A stretch of DNA of 64,000 nt, from assembly GCA_937625935.1 (NCBI GenBank), contig OW569389.1, positions 124,001 through 188,000 on the forward strand, in the 5' to 3' direction. The stretch comes from Tetramitus jugosus. Lineage: Eukaryota; Protista; Heterolobosea. Numbering within the stretch: the stretch's first letter is position 1; every line of letters begins with the position of its first letter. The translations under genes and the position numbers were made by a program. Positions 9,901 to 21,657 of the stretch are shown here, piece by piece. Under the pieces are notes generated by a model, which was given only the letters and a program-made list of their open reading frames with translations, was not told the DNA's origin and did not search any database.

Positions 9901-11099
9901 TAAGAGTAGCAAGATATGATTGGCTTTCAAGATACACAATCAAGAAAACAAGAAAGACACCTCCCAGATTGGCTAGTGTGAGAAAGGTTGCTGAAGTAGG
10001 ACAGGACATCCGGTAAGCTGGACTAAATTCAAAATTGGTCTAGGCGACCGGATTACTTGATGTACAGGAAGTGCTAGGCTTGACAAGGTTCCACACATTC
10101 TGCAGTCAAGGATCATCCAGACTCGACTCGGTGTTTTGGAACCGACAGGCGATATAGAAAGCATGGGAGTCGGTGCTACCCAAAATGGAATAAGAGGAGA
10201 CTATCTGCCAATTGAAGTCAGATTGACAACAGCCAATACCACACAAGGTAAGAACATTGTGTTGCTGAATCAAAAGAGGATGTTGAGAGAATAGCACGAC
10301 ATGAATAGAGCCCTGTCTAGTTTGATTTGCGTGAGACTGTCCGGAGAGAGAATCGAAGATCACGACATTATTGTTGCCAATACGAGAGTCCCAGCAAAAA
10401 AAACCGAAGTGCATTTTCGTGCGTTAGTCCTCAACCTAAATCGTAAGAAGGAACAGCAAGTAAGTCTATCAATTTGAGAACTTCTCTGAAACAGTCGGAC
10501 ACAACGGGCCTCCATCGGTCAACATGAAAAAAATGAAAAAAATTGAACACACAAGCAACAATTTAGCAAAACCTTACTGAAACATCCATTTGACAAGAGT
10601 TTGAAATTGGGTGTGTATCAAGAGTACTTGACCAGCCGCTCTCAATACATTATTGCTCGATAACAAGCGCATTGCTTCCAATCAAGGCCTAAAAATTAAG
10701 AAGTACATTGATCTTAGTTTTGTATATAGATACATCTTTGTTCAGAGAGAGCTATGAGTAGATACATCTCAGCAAGGTGTTTGCTGCCTCACAAGTAACA
10801 GATTCAATATACTTGTTGAACGATCAGTTAGTCAGACACAGCCTTAAAGGCATTTAAATCAAGTATTGCTTACAGGTATTTTGATGTATACAAGCCCCAT
10901 GCTCAACTCTGCTGTGTTGTTCTACGAGAAAGAAAATCACAACATGCAAAGACTAAAGAGTGTTCAAAAAACTTTATGAGTGGTGTCTGAGAATGTGCGA
11001 AGATAAGATTCAATCACTAAAATGCGATCCGACACCATCTGATTTGAATTCTGATAGTAGAGTTATTTTTTAAACCAGATTATATCAGAGGGAAGATGG

Positions 11100-11700
11100 G
11101 AAGGAGCATTCAAGATGTCTAGACTCGTTAATGATTTGGAAAATATGAATCAAACAAACAAACATCAATTCCGTTACAATGAGGATGTCACACTCTATGC
11201 TCATTGGTTGCTCAATTATATGGGTAAGTCAAAGCATCAGATGCTTTTGGGTGTGAAAGAGAAGGAAGACGGCTGCAGAAGATTAATGACATACTACCTG
11301 TCAGTTTATAAGAGCAACAACGTCGATCAATGATAACAGAAACAGGAGTCTATGATCAATATATTCATCTGTGCTCAGAGCTGAGTCGTAACCTTGATAA
11401 GTTTCCAAATTGTTGGACCCTAATGATAGACTCGGTAGATCTACAGGTCAACTTAACAGTAAGTAGAGACAAAGGAAATATATTTGTCATTAGTGCTTCA
11501 TCAATTCAGATGAAGCAAACTACTCAGCAGTTGTGCAGATTATTTAGGAAAGAACGGCAGAAACTCACTTCTGGATGGAACAATCTTGGTGCCAGTACAT
11601 GCAATGAAAATTATATCTACCAATGATATGACTGTGCCAAAGAAGTGCGTACAAGAAGGTGTAAATTTTCTAACAGTCACAATCACAGACATTGATAGAC
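11100..11700 (+). pseudogene. Possible degenerate DNA transposase (P-element/THAP9-like) remnant
   Basis: Broken ORFs with FRYNEDVTLYAHWLLNYMGKSKHQML and CWTLMIDSVDLQVNL loosely resemble the THAP9-type N-terminal region and first catalytic Asp; weak. Confidence 0.25.
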
Positions 11701-12059
11701 TAGTTCATATCGAGATGTTCATTCCAGGTGCGAAACCAAAGATGCTGTTCAGAGGAAGTTTCTCAGTTGGTTCTTGCGACCTGCACTTTAAGTACGAATC
11801 TGATTGCGTACACTCAAGTAAGGAGAATAGAATTAGTTTTAGTATATATTGGTGAAGACGTGGTGTTCCAATCATCTGACAGACTATCTCTTGATTGTAC
11901 AGGTTATAGATGTCAATGGACACAGTTAGAGTAACATTTCAGAATGTAGAGCATTCACTTTATTTGAAGCATGAGCGAAATTGCTTCAAATACATAATCA
12001 ATGTTGTTCGGTGGACTCCACTCAGTGAAACGAGTAGTACTCAAAAGTCACTTGAAGAG

Positions 12060-12310
12060 AAACTGCTTGGTGCAGTACCTCTTGGGGTTGTGGTCCACAC
12101 AGCATAGCGTGGGTTCTCATACTCACGAACAACAGGGGGTGTGTTCGTTTTTTCATCGGCACTATTTCTTGAAACGTACTTTTGGACTAGATAGAAGGAA
12201 ATGTAGTTCTACCACCAGGTCATGCAGAAGCTGTATAATGCCCTAGGTGATACTACATGTTCTCTTTGTGGCAAAAGCCCCGAGACCATCATTCATCTGC
12301 TGGTTGAAGA
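12060..12310. mobile_element. Scrambled fragments of the same retrotransposon family
   Basis: 12062-12108 (minus) reads YAVWTTTPRGTAPSS, an ORF1 segment similar to 650-690. ~12160-12310 (plus) reads FLKRTFGLDRR...CSLCGKSPETIIHLLVE (zf-RVT region). Confidence 0.7.
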
Positions 12311-13010
12311 TGGCTCTATCGACAATGCCTTGTCAACTACTCATATCTCGACAGTAATCAATCACAGATACAGCTATCCCACTAGAGATAAATACAACGT
12401 TCAGAGTAATGTCGCTACGGTAGCACTAGTCAATATTTGTGATCTCGATTACTCAACACGGCTGCAAAACGACCGGTAATGCAAGCATGGCACAACAACT
12501 CAGAATACTGTGATAATCATTTCCAGATCAAGTAAGGGAGCTCCCTCAAATGAATAGATTTTTCTAAAAAGGATATCTGTGAACTCTGTGTAGTTCAAAG
12601 TTGGTGTGATGAGGTTGTTCAGGTGATGGACGCTGTCTTTGTCTTACAGAGCCAACCCTGACAACATGGGAGGTCATAAACACTCAAAAATAGGGTCGAT
12701 CTTTTAACAGAATATTGGAGCATCGATGATTCCTCGAATCATTGAGAAAAGGAAATATCAGCAATACTAATTTTTGGGAATGGGCGACCTAGGGGATCAC
12801 TCTGTTAGGAGGATTAACAAAATCGTAAGTACCAGTCCGCTGTACCCTCTCTTTATTTCACATCGATCTTGTTGTGTTGGAAGAAGCTCATTATCCAACT
12901 GCAAATCAAACCTATGGAGTGCGCACTTTCGGTTGTGCTGACGCAACATTCATGAGTCAGATGAAAACATATTGATCTTCACTGGTAGCACCAACATTGC
13001 CAAATCTCTC

Positions 13011-13643
13011 TCAACAAAATTGAGTCACACCAACAATTTCTTGAACATTAGGACTCGAGTAAAGTCTGGTTAGATAAGACACAGTCTTTGGGAATGGCTT
13101 TCTCCATTCGGCATCCAAACCCAACTTCAATGGATAAAGAACAGCGACACCCAACACAATATCAGCCAAAGTGACTCTGTCACCCAATAGGTAATCGTTG
13201 GAGATAAATTTCTCCAGAATGACAAACACCTTGGAGATAGCATCACTGGAGTTGTTGAACTTAGTCTCATCGTACGTGCCATACCCTAACTTGAATTCAT
13301 ACAATGCAGAGACATGAGGAAACAATTCAGTAAAGACTACATCGGTCCATTGATCAACTCTTGCTTGTTCAATTGGGGTAGCACCCAAGAGACCTTCGGT
13401 ATCACTTCCAATTCTGGCAATATATCTGGAAATAGCAAGACTCTCGAAAACACCATTGCCATCGACTGTTTTCAGAGTGGGAACCCACCCAAAGGGATTC
13501 AAGGACAAGAATTCTTGGGTCCTATTGGTAAAACCGAATTGAAGGTCACTTTCTTCAATGTTGGTCACACCTCCAAACTTTCCAGTGATCTTGGCGATAG
13601 TGACATGTGGGTTGTGTGGATAAGAGTAAATGACATGAGACAT
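13011..13643 (-). CDS. Glutathione S-transferase-fold protein, EF1B-gamma N-terminal type (stand-alone, 210 aa)
   Basis: TNRTQEFLSLNPFGWVPTL, FESLAISRYIA, ARVDQW, YLLGDRVTLADI. Likely start MSHVIYSY at 13643. Confidence 0.88.
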   Translation of the reverse strand: MSHVIYSYPHNPHVTIAKITGKFGGVTNIEESDLQFGFTNRTQEFLSLNPFGWVPTLKTVDGNGVFESLAISRYIARIGSDTEGLLGATPIEQARVDQWTDVVFTELFPHVSALYEFKLGYGTYDETKFNNSSDAISKVFVILEKFISNDYLLGDRVTLADIVLGVAVLYPLKLGLDAEWRKPFPKTVSYLTRLYSSPNVQEIVGVTQFC

Positions 13644-13964
13644 TGTGACGAGTGTATCTTGGATGTTCAATTCTGATTTTCTCTTCGTTCCACTCAACAT
13701 CGTCAGCAACATCATCCACGGAAGTTTCGGAATCAAAAATGTACACTTGAATAGATGGGTTGTGTGAGGCAATGATGGCCATGGTAGGACCACCAACACA
13801 AGGTTCACAGGAAACGAGGAAATCCACACATGAACTCGCATTTCACATTTGTTTCACCGTAATGGAGCTTGCCTTCTATTTGGCTGCAACAACTCCTCAA
13901 ACTCCGAAAATGGAAATGTGAAATGCGATTTCTGAACTCAACAAAAACAACTAACACAAAAAAC

Positions 13965-15746
13965 ATGTCATTTGTTTCTTCTTCTCTGCTCGTTGCAGCT
14001 CTGTTAGCGACCATATTCGCTCTGACAACCCATGTCAATGCTCACTTGTGCGTGTATGCTCCAAGACAAAGAGGAGCTTTTTTCAACGGCGACATTGCAC
14101 AAAACGAGTGTTTTAGACCAAAAGTGCCAGTATGTGGTTGTTTGTTATCTTTTTTTGCTGCCTATTTTGTGTGTGAAAAATATGGTGTTTGGTTGACACT
14201 AAAATTGTTGTTGCTTGTATAGTGTGGTGGCAAAGCTTTTGATGGTAACGTTGCAGCTGAGATTGATTCTTCCAAGCCATTTAAAATCTCTTTCCAACAA
14301 AACTTGAATCATTATTCGATTGGTAACACTGGATACTTGTCTGTTTCCATCTCTAGAAACACTGAACCAACTCAACAATCAGAGTATGTTGTCTTCGACT
14401 ACTTCAGTGCATTTAATCTTAGTTAACTCACGATGTGATTTTATTTGTTTTCACTTAGCTTTACTCCAATGGCCTTCGTAACAGACTATTACCCTGTTCG
14501 TCAATGGGTTCAAACCAATTACACACTTGATGTGACTATTCCAAGAGACTTTGCTCAATGTGATCACTGTGTCATTCAAGTTCGGTATGTGTCTCACAAG
14601 CCTGAGGAACCAGCTGCTTTCCATCAATGTTCTGATGTTAGAATTGTCAAATCATTGGGAGAGAGACCTCGTGTAGAACAAGCGTCAAGTAAGACAACTG
14701 TTCCAAGAGATGTCTTAGAGATTAGAAACAACAAGCCTAATGCAAACTCAAACTTGTTTGGACTCTATGAGTCTACAGATGGACAGCTCCAAGCAGTAAC
14801 CGTTGATCCAGAAACAGCCAACATTGCTCTTCACACTGACTTGTCCAAGTATACAATCAGTGATGGTCGGTTAATTTCATTGACACGTCCATTGAACAAG
14901 ATGAGAATTTCAAATGGTGTTACAGCTGTTGATACAAGAAATCAAAGAGTTTACTATTTGGCATACTCTGACACTGACTTCCAGTACCCAGACGCTCATC
15001 CAGATTTGCTTATCATGATTGAGAGATCTAAACCAGGTGTTGTCAACAGCTTCAAATTGGATAACAAGATTGCTGTGAGTAGTTTGACCTATGTGGATTC
15101 GGAGAATGCTCTGTACGCATGGAGTTTGGACATTAGTACCATTACATGGCGTTTGGTGAAAATTCAAACAAATGGAGAAGTCGATCCAAAACCTATTGTC
15201 TCTATTCCTAAGGACGATATTGACTCCTATGTCGACTTTTTGTATAGCGCATATGATCCAGACCAACATAGAATGATCATGTTGACTAGACATGAGGATG
15301 AAGGAGTTGACATGCCACAAAGATTCTATAGCGTCAATCTGAATGATCCTCAGTCTTATCGTCAAGTTCAAATTAACTCGACCAAGTACTATGCATGGAG
15401 TGAGGTGTTCTATGATGTCAAGAATCACGAATTGCTTGCATTGAGTCCTGGACATGCTCCCGCTCTGCCAATTACTAAGACTTCTCAATGGAGTCTGGTC
15501 AAGATTTCTGGCGAAACCGGCGCACAAGAAGTAGTGTACTCGATTGACAAACCTTTCTGTCAAATGCTGAATGGAACTATTGCCAATGCAGTTTCAAGTA
15601 ATGATGAAACGTATTACAAAATTGTTCACGAAGCACAAAACAGACCAGCTATTGTATCTGTATCCACCAGGTCTCCAAGAAACCATGTTTCAAGAGTGAA
15701 TCCTGGTTTGGAGAGAGTGTATAACTTGGTCAACTTTAACCAATAA
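13965..15746 (+). CDS. Secreted protein: His1 LPMO-like/copper-binding domain + C-terminal beta-propeller (exons 13965-14129, 14223-14383, 14459-15746)
   Basis: GTATGT...AG introns restore one frame. Signal peptide ends VNA|HLCVYAPRQRG; motifs CGG, FQQNLNH, CDHCVIQ, FHQCSD follow, then repeated beta-strand blades. Confidence 0.75.
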
Positions 15747-15919
15747 TTGATGTCAATAAATGAATGTCGTTAGGCGAACTTTTTTATTGCCGTGCAATTT
15801 TGGATCTATCTGAGGTAGCCCTGGGCAAGGAATCTGAGAAAGTTTCCTTGTAAGCTTTTCCAACGCTTGGCGGAGACGGAACAAAAAACAACAGAACAAC
15901 GATCTGTGACAAAAATTCC

Positions 15920-17725
15920 ATGTCTCTCATTAGTCTTCCATGCGATTGTCTGTATGACATCACATCTTTCCTTGACTTGCGTGCTGTAGGATCATGTCTT
16001 CTCACATGTTCCTCGTTGCATCACCGGTTGACTGCATCACAGCATGCAAAGTTCATCTGGATGAACCAACTCAATCATTTCTTGGTTACAGAGATTGCCT
16101 ATTCGCAATTGCCTGAAAATCAAAGAAAGAATAGCAAGATTATTCCTCAATTGAAGCGTCAATTGAAGAATCAAGAAGAACTTTTGAAGCGATTCGAATC
16201 TCGCAGTAGGAGCTACCAGAGTGAGAAGAACGGGATAGTTGGTGAAGACGCAAGTCAAATAGATACTCTATCCGATGATAATGAAGATGACTTCGATAGT
16301 CAGTTTGCTGCCTTTTCCATTTATAGTAGTTTGAAGAAGCTGTTTTATGGTGGTGTAATTCGGCGTTCGAGAGCCAAAATGATTCAAATTATGAAGCAAA
16401 TGCGGGATGCACAATCGATCACAGAGATGTTTGAGCTGTTTGAAGAAGCGGTGAAGAATAATGATTTGAGTGCGTTTAAGAGAGGTGAAGATTCTGAGGA
16501 ATTGATACTGATTCAGCGTCAAGAGTTCAATCTCTGGAATACTAAGATTCACACAAAAAACTATCCCTTTTTGTTCTTAAGTGGAATACTAAGACTAAAA
16601 GAAGACCTTGTTAACAGTGAAAATGCTGACTTTATACTGGAAAGAATTATTCAGATCATGAGAGCCCTTGTAAATCAATATCATGTTGATCCGAGTGAAG
16701 AAGGCCACAGTCAGTCGCAACTTCTTCTCGTCATCAAAATGAATAATTTAGATATTTTGAGAGCGTGTATACCTTTGCACAACCAAAGTATTGTTCAAAA
16801 TGCAACTGCCCAAATGAAATTCCTGTTCAACTCAGGTATGAAGACGGAACGTACACTACATTATGACTTTCCTCTTGCTACTGCCATCAAAGAATTCGTT
16901 AGTATTGATATAATCGAGCTCATACTTGAAGAAGTGTACGAACCAAATCGAAAAGAAATGCTAGTCGCGGTATTGGGTGCTCATCCAGTGCATAACGGAG
17001 GGCGATATTGTTCCATTTTCAACTATGAACTATCTTGGATTCAGTCAATCATAGAGAAGTATCAAATTGATATTTCGTCCATATCAGAACGTGCCTTCAG
17101 CTCTGCTATACAATCCAATTCATCATCGAAGCCCTACGAGGTGATAAAGTATTTATTCTCTCAGGGCCTAAGAATGACAGAAAAGGGTACTTATTCTTTT
17201 TCACCGAATGATCCATTTTGGTCCCTGCTCGGAGTGTATGGAGTGAGTGAAGAACAAGAGATGATCCAATGTATGGAAGTGTTGTTGGATGCCGGCGGAT
17301 CAGTTTCTCGATTGTCGTTATTCGAACAGATTATCCATTATGGATATTCGCTCGAAGTATACCAATTCCTTGCAAAACATGGGGCAGATCCAAACACGAC
17401 TGGTCTGCCAAATTATTCACCACTCTTGGGTGTAATTTCCCATCTTTCCTATCTAGAAGAAGGTTTCGAGAAGGTGAGGAGGTTGCTCGAGTGTGGTGCG
17501 GATCCAACACGATTCTATTTAATTGACGATCCATATTATCAAAACACGTATATGAGTGCATTGCGCATGGCTTACCACACATTTGTGATAGTACAAGATG
17601 AAGATACTTATAATACAATTACAAGATTGTTGGCAGAGTATGGAGTGACAAAAGAAACAGAGAAGCCTGATCCTCACGGTCTCACTTTTGACCAATGGTG
17701 TCAAGTTGTACGCCAGTGGCCATGA
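15920..17725 (+). CDS. F-box / ankyrin-repeat protein
   Basis: N-terminal LISLPCDCLYDITSFLD F-box; C-terminal ankyrin repeats (LLDAGG, LAKHGADPN, LLECGADP, LLAEYG). Confidence 0.85.
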   Translation: MSLISLPCDCLYDITSFLDLRAVGSCLLTCSSLHHRLTASQHAKFIWMNQLNHFLVTEIAYSQLPENQRKNSKIIPQLKRQLKNQEELLKRFESRSRSYQSEKNGIVGEDASQIDTLSDDNEDDFDSQFAAFSIYSSLKKLFYGGVIRRSRAKMIQIMKQMRDAQSITEMFELFEEAVKNNDLSAFKRGEDSEELILIQRQEFNLWNTKIHTKNYPFLFLSGILRLKEDLVNSENADFILERIIQIMRALVNQYHVDPSEEGHSQSQLLLVIKMNNLDILRACIPLHNQSIVQNATAQMKFLFNSGMKTERTLHYDFPLATAIKEFVSIDIIELILEEVYEPNRKEMLVAVLGAHPVHNGGRYCSIFNYELSWIQSIIEKYQIDISSISERAFSSAIQSNSSSKPYEVIKYLFSQGLRMTEKGTYSFSPNDPFWSLLGVYGVSEEQEMIQCMEVLLDAGGSVSRLSLFEQIIHYGYSLEVYQFLAKHGADPNTTGLPNYSPLLGVISHLSYLEEGFEKVRRLLECGADPTRFYLIDDPYYQNTYMSALRMAYHTFVIVQDEDTYNTITRLLAEYGVTKETEKPDPHGLTFDQWCQVVRQWP

Positions 17726-18479
17726 TGTCCTTTGAACTTTCTTTGTGTTTATGAAGTTCGTTGTCGAATGTTCTGGAAGGAAGTTTCAATCGAGCCATAA
17801 TGTTTCGTTCCGTACGCGTTGCCCTGGTGTAAAAACGATATCCTGCAATAAGATGTTCAGAGTAACACAGAGAGGACATCCAGCAATTAATATAATCAAA
17901 TGGATTTTCACCTACCAACCAAAGACAAAAGCCCTCTGTCGTTGCTCTGGTCGGGTTGAGTAGATGAAAGTTTTTATTGGAGACTTATTGTAGTCTCCAA
18001 AGTAAAGAACGTTTCGGATTCACGAATTAATGAAGTGGAATCTAGGGACTTAAATCAGTTCAATTCCACATTAAGTCACCTGCAACATTTAATTTTTGTA
18101 GGTGCTGTGCTTCTGAAGTTCGTTCTTGAAGGAAGTTTCAATAGAACCATAACAGTTCGAACAAGAACATTGGGACCAAGACAATTACTGATTACATTTT
18201 CTCATTTGTTCAGAGCAACATTGAGAGAACATCCAGCAACTTACACTACTGGTCAAAGTATGGCTTACATCTCCCAACATAGACAAAAGTCCTCTGCCGT
18301 TGCTCTGGTCTGGTTGAGGGGGTGTGAGTTTTTGCTCGAATTCAATGATCTTGAGCCTTGCTACAGTAGCAAGACCGAGCGAGCATAGCACTATGATATG
18401 TGATATCTATCCAAAGTCGGAAAGAAGGTCCCGCGGGATCCATGATGCTTGAATTTGACGGAAGGGTTAATATTAATAT

Positions 18480-19484
18480 TTATTCAAATTTGAATAATTT
18501 ACGGAAGCGCTCGCTCTTCTGTAGAAGAGGCAGACCAAGGAACAAAATGCTCATACATGCCAGCAAAGTGACACACTTTGGCTCCAACAGGTCGCTCATG
18601 CTGTCCATATCGTGCAATAGAAGACTTCCTGCTTTAACAGTGAGCCAATTCATTGGAATGTTTCCGATCAGAGCAGCAGAAAAGAAAACGGAAATATCAA
18701 TACCTAACAATGGAGAAATAATGTTGAGAAACCATCCGGGAATCATGGGAAACATTCTAGCACCAATCATGTACAGAAACATTTCAGATTTGGTTTGTTT
18801 CTTGAATGTGTCCTCCATTGAGTCCATCTTTGCAGATATAGTTGTGCCCATCAACCAGACAATATGTTTTCGACCAATCAACAAGGTCAGATAGTAAGTC
18901 ATTGTCGATCCCACAGCAGTCAACACTGTTGTTAATATCGTTCCCCAAGCTGTTCCAAACAGAGAACCACACAACACATTCAACATGGTTGCACCAGGGA
19001 TACAATAGGCATGAGCAAACAAGTATACAACCAAGAACAAGAGCAGAAATTGAATATTCACTGCACCTCCACCATCACCACTCTCAGTCTGACTATTGAG
19101 CAACGAAGAGGACAAGTGCCGCACATCCTGTAAACTGCGGGGCAGAACGGAGAACCGATCGGACAACGGAATATAAAACAGATAAATACAGAGCAAATGA
19201 ATCGATACAGCCAACAACAGCAAGAGCAACCGAATCTTTGTCGGTACTCTTGCATAACTGTCATAACCACCCTTGGACAGTTTTTCATTGTCGTCATCCA
19301 ATGTCACAGAGGACAAGGATGGCGACCGAGCAGTGGTAAAAGAAGGCAGTATAGACAAGGGAGGAGAGTTCATTCTCTTTCCACTTAGAATAGCATCACA
19401 GCAAGGGATCAGAATGATCACGTCCTCAAAGCTTGCTTCCCCATCACCACTCTGATGACGATTTCGACCATGGTAATTTGTCAT
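18480..19484 (-). CDS. TMEM41/VTT (DedA, SNARE-associated) family membrane protein
   Basis: YLFAHAYCIPGATMLNVLCGSLFG, ARMFPMIPGWFLNIISPLLGI; several TM segments. Confidence 0.88.
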   Translation of the reverse strand: MTNYHGRNRHQSGDGEASFEDVIILIPCCDAILSGKRMNSPPLSILPSFTTARSPSLSSVTLDDDNEKLSKGGYDSYARVPTKIRLLLLLLAVSIHLLCIYLFYIPLSDRFSVLPRSLQDVRHLSSSLLNSQTESGDGGGAVNIQFLLLFLVVYLFAHAYCIPGATMLNVLCGSLFGTAWGTILTTVLTAVGSTMTYYLTLLIGRKHIVWLMGTTISAKMDSMEDTFKKQTKSEMFLYMIGARMFPMIPGWFLNIISPLLGIDISVFFSAALIGNIPMNWLTVKAGSLLLHDMDSMSDLLEPKCVTLLACMSILFLGLPLLQKSERFRKLFKFE

Positions 19485-19732
19485 TTCTTTTCAATCAAAG
19501 TTTGTCAGGTTGGTTTTCTCTACTTTTGTGAGTTGCTTTTCCAATTTTTGTTATGCACAAACAACAAAGTGTGTTTGGGTAACATTAACAGGTTTTCTTT
19601 TGTGAGGAACATGAAGAACAATCTCTATTTTTAGTTTTCGTGACAGTAATAGTACTGAAAACTCCTTTGAGGATCCTTGGCAAAGCACAACAAATAAGCT
19701 CACAAGTTGACCAATTGGCACGCTAAGACACA

Positions 19733-21643
19733 ATGGGAATAATTTCAACAATATGGTTATCTAGAGTATTCAATTGCTCTATAGCATTGTTTATACTTGT
19801 TCTTTTCCTTTGTTTTTACCGTAGTGACCAAAGTTCAACATACTTGGAACAAGGGAACCTGACTCCTCAGTCAAAATGGCGGCAAATGAATCGTTTGCTT
19901 TTACAAGAGCTCAGAACGCGGAAATCAACTGTGCTCTCATCTGAAGCTTCTGTGTTTCAAAGATCAAATGTAATCGCAACGACTCCAAAGGATTCTGTTC
20001 GATCGTTGGCATATCAAAGAATTCACTTCTTGAAGCAAGTGATTATCGGAAATTCCTCTCTCGCTTGGGAGCTATTGGAAGATGAATCTCAAGATTTCAA
20101 ATCTCTTAGTAAGCTATCCTTGGAGCCCATTGACAGTCATACTCTACAGAGTTCAGAGCCATTCATGTTCGAAAGGCGAGTGCACAGCCAACTTGCAAAC
20201 TATCACTTTGTGTGTCAATTGACTGAAAATGAAGATGAATCTCAAGATGATCATCATCACTCACAGGAAGCTCACATGCTTCGCTATGTTGAACTTGTGT
20301 TCGAAGAATCGGACAAGAGTGGCAACATTAGACAAGTAACCAAGTCATACAAGGCATACATGGAACCATCTATCATGTACGAAAATGCAAGAAAGAACGT
20401 CATGATACGAGGTGTGTTGGTCGATGATGTGTTCTTACTTCACAAGAATTCTTTCTCTGCATCCGATGACGAGTCAAAGAGATCCATAAAGGAGTCTCTA
20501 GCAGTCACCGGAACAGCCTCTCTATTGGGTCTGATGATCAGCTATCAAGATGCTCAACTCCCATTTTCATCGTCTGAGCTCGAAACAGAGATGAAAATGG
20601 CTGCAAAGTTCCATTATGAGAATTCGTATCGGCAATTCTTTATGAACAAGCGGGTCGTCTCACCAATGATTACCCTCGATCACCCTCTTGAGTATTATAA
20701 ATCACAGGAGCCGTGGGTAGTTTTGAATGATGCTTGTGCCGCAGGTGCAAAACTCGGATCAGAGTACGATTGTCAAAACTATGATTACTATGTAGTGGCT
20801 ATCCCGAAAACTTTCTCTGCATGGATTGGGTTGGGCTACGTTGGAATTCCTGGTGTGTGGCTGAATGGAAGAATAGAACTCAAAGTGACAGCTCACGAAT
20901 TGGGGCATAATGTGGGACTCCAACATGCATCGTCTCTAACATCGACTGAATCGCCAAAGGTCACTTATGGAGGAAGTGCGAAAAAAGTAGAATATGGTGA
21001 TACGTTTGATATGATGGGTGGAGGAACGATGAGACATTCAGCCTTTAGTGTCCGGAGTAAGTTGATCACTGGATGGGTAAAACCTAGTCAGATTGTTCAA
21101 GTTAATCAGTCCGGAACATACACATTGTTCCCTAATGATGATATTGAAAGTGGTGGCAAAACTTTAGCTCTCACGATCCCTTTTGATACTAAGAATCCAA
21201 CCGGAGCTAAATACTACATTGAGTATCAAAGAAGAATATTGTCGAATGGAGAATGGGTGAAGGGAGGAGGACTTATTTTGAGGATGGGTTACGGTGACTA
21301 TCAGAAGGGAAACAGCACGTTCATTCTCGATATTGTCCCATCCACTGAAACTCAGAATGATGCTCCTATCTTTATTGGAGAATCATACTATGATAATCGA
21401 TGTAGTGTTCCTATGGTGATCAAAGCACTCGGTCAATCCTGTGACACTTCTCTCTGTTCAATGCAAGTGAGTGTGGAATTCAATCCCCAACAGAGATCTC
21501 TCCAGAACGAGAAAGTTAAGTTGTCACAAATTGATATCCCGGAGGAAGTATTGAGAAGTAGTTCGCCACTTTTTTACAAGGAGATCCTATCGATCTCATT
21601 GCTATGTTCTCTATTCCTTTTCATGCTAATCATCCAACTGTAA
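19733..21643 (+). CDS. Metzincin metalloprotease, gametolysin/M11-like, with hydrophobic N- and C-termini
   Basis: HELGHNVGLQH zinc motif and EYGDTFDMMG Met-turn. Confidence 0.85.
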   Translation: MGIISTIWLSRVFNCSIALFILVLFLCFYRSDQSSTYLEQGNLTPQSKWRQMNRLLLQELRTRKSTVLSSEASVFQRSNVIATTPKDSVRSLAYQRIHFLKQVIIGNSSLAWELLEDESQDFKSLSKLSLEPIDSHTLQSSEPFMFERRVHSQLANYHFVCQLTENEDESQDDHHHSQEAHMLRYVELVFEESDKSGNIRQVTKSYKAYMEPSIMYENARKNVMIRGVLVDDVFLLHKNSFSASDDESKRSIKESLAVTGTASLLGLMISYQDAQLPFSSSELETEMKMAAKFHYENSYRQFFMNKRVVSPMITLDHPLEYYKSQEPWVVLNDACAAGAKLGSEYDCQNYDYYVVAIPKTFSAWIGLGYVGIPGVWLNGRIELKVTAHELGHNVGLQHASSLTSTESPKVTYGGSAKKVEYGDTFDMMGGGTMRHSAFSVRSKLITGWVKPSQIVQVNQSGTYTLFPNDDIESGGKTLALTIPFDTKNPTGAKYYIEYQRRILSNGEWVKGGGLILRMGYGDYQKGNSTFILDIVPSTETQNDAPIFIGESYYDNRCSVPMVIKALGQSCDTSLCSMQVSVEFNPQQRSLQNEKVKLSQIDIPEEVLRSSSPLFYKEILSISLLCSLFLFMLIIQL

Positions 21644-21657
21644 AGATAACATTCGAT

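Noticed and set aside
13011-13643. Translation elongation factor EF1B-gamma
   Set aside because: Only the GST-like domain is present; the ORF stops without the EF1G C-terminal domain.
17976-18000. TTGGAGACT/AGTCTCCAA hairpin
   Set aside because: A 9-bp stem in intergenic DNA is compatible with chance; bacterial-style terminators are not expected here.
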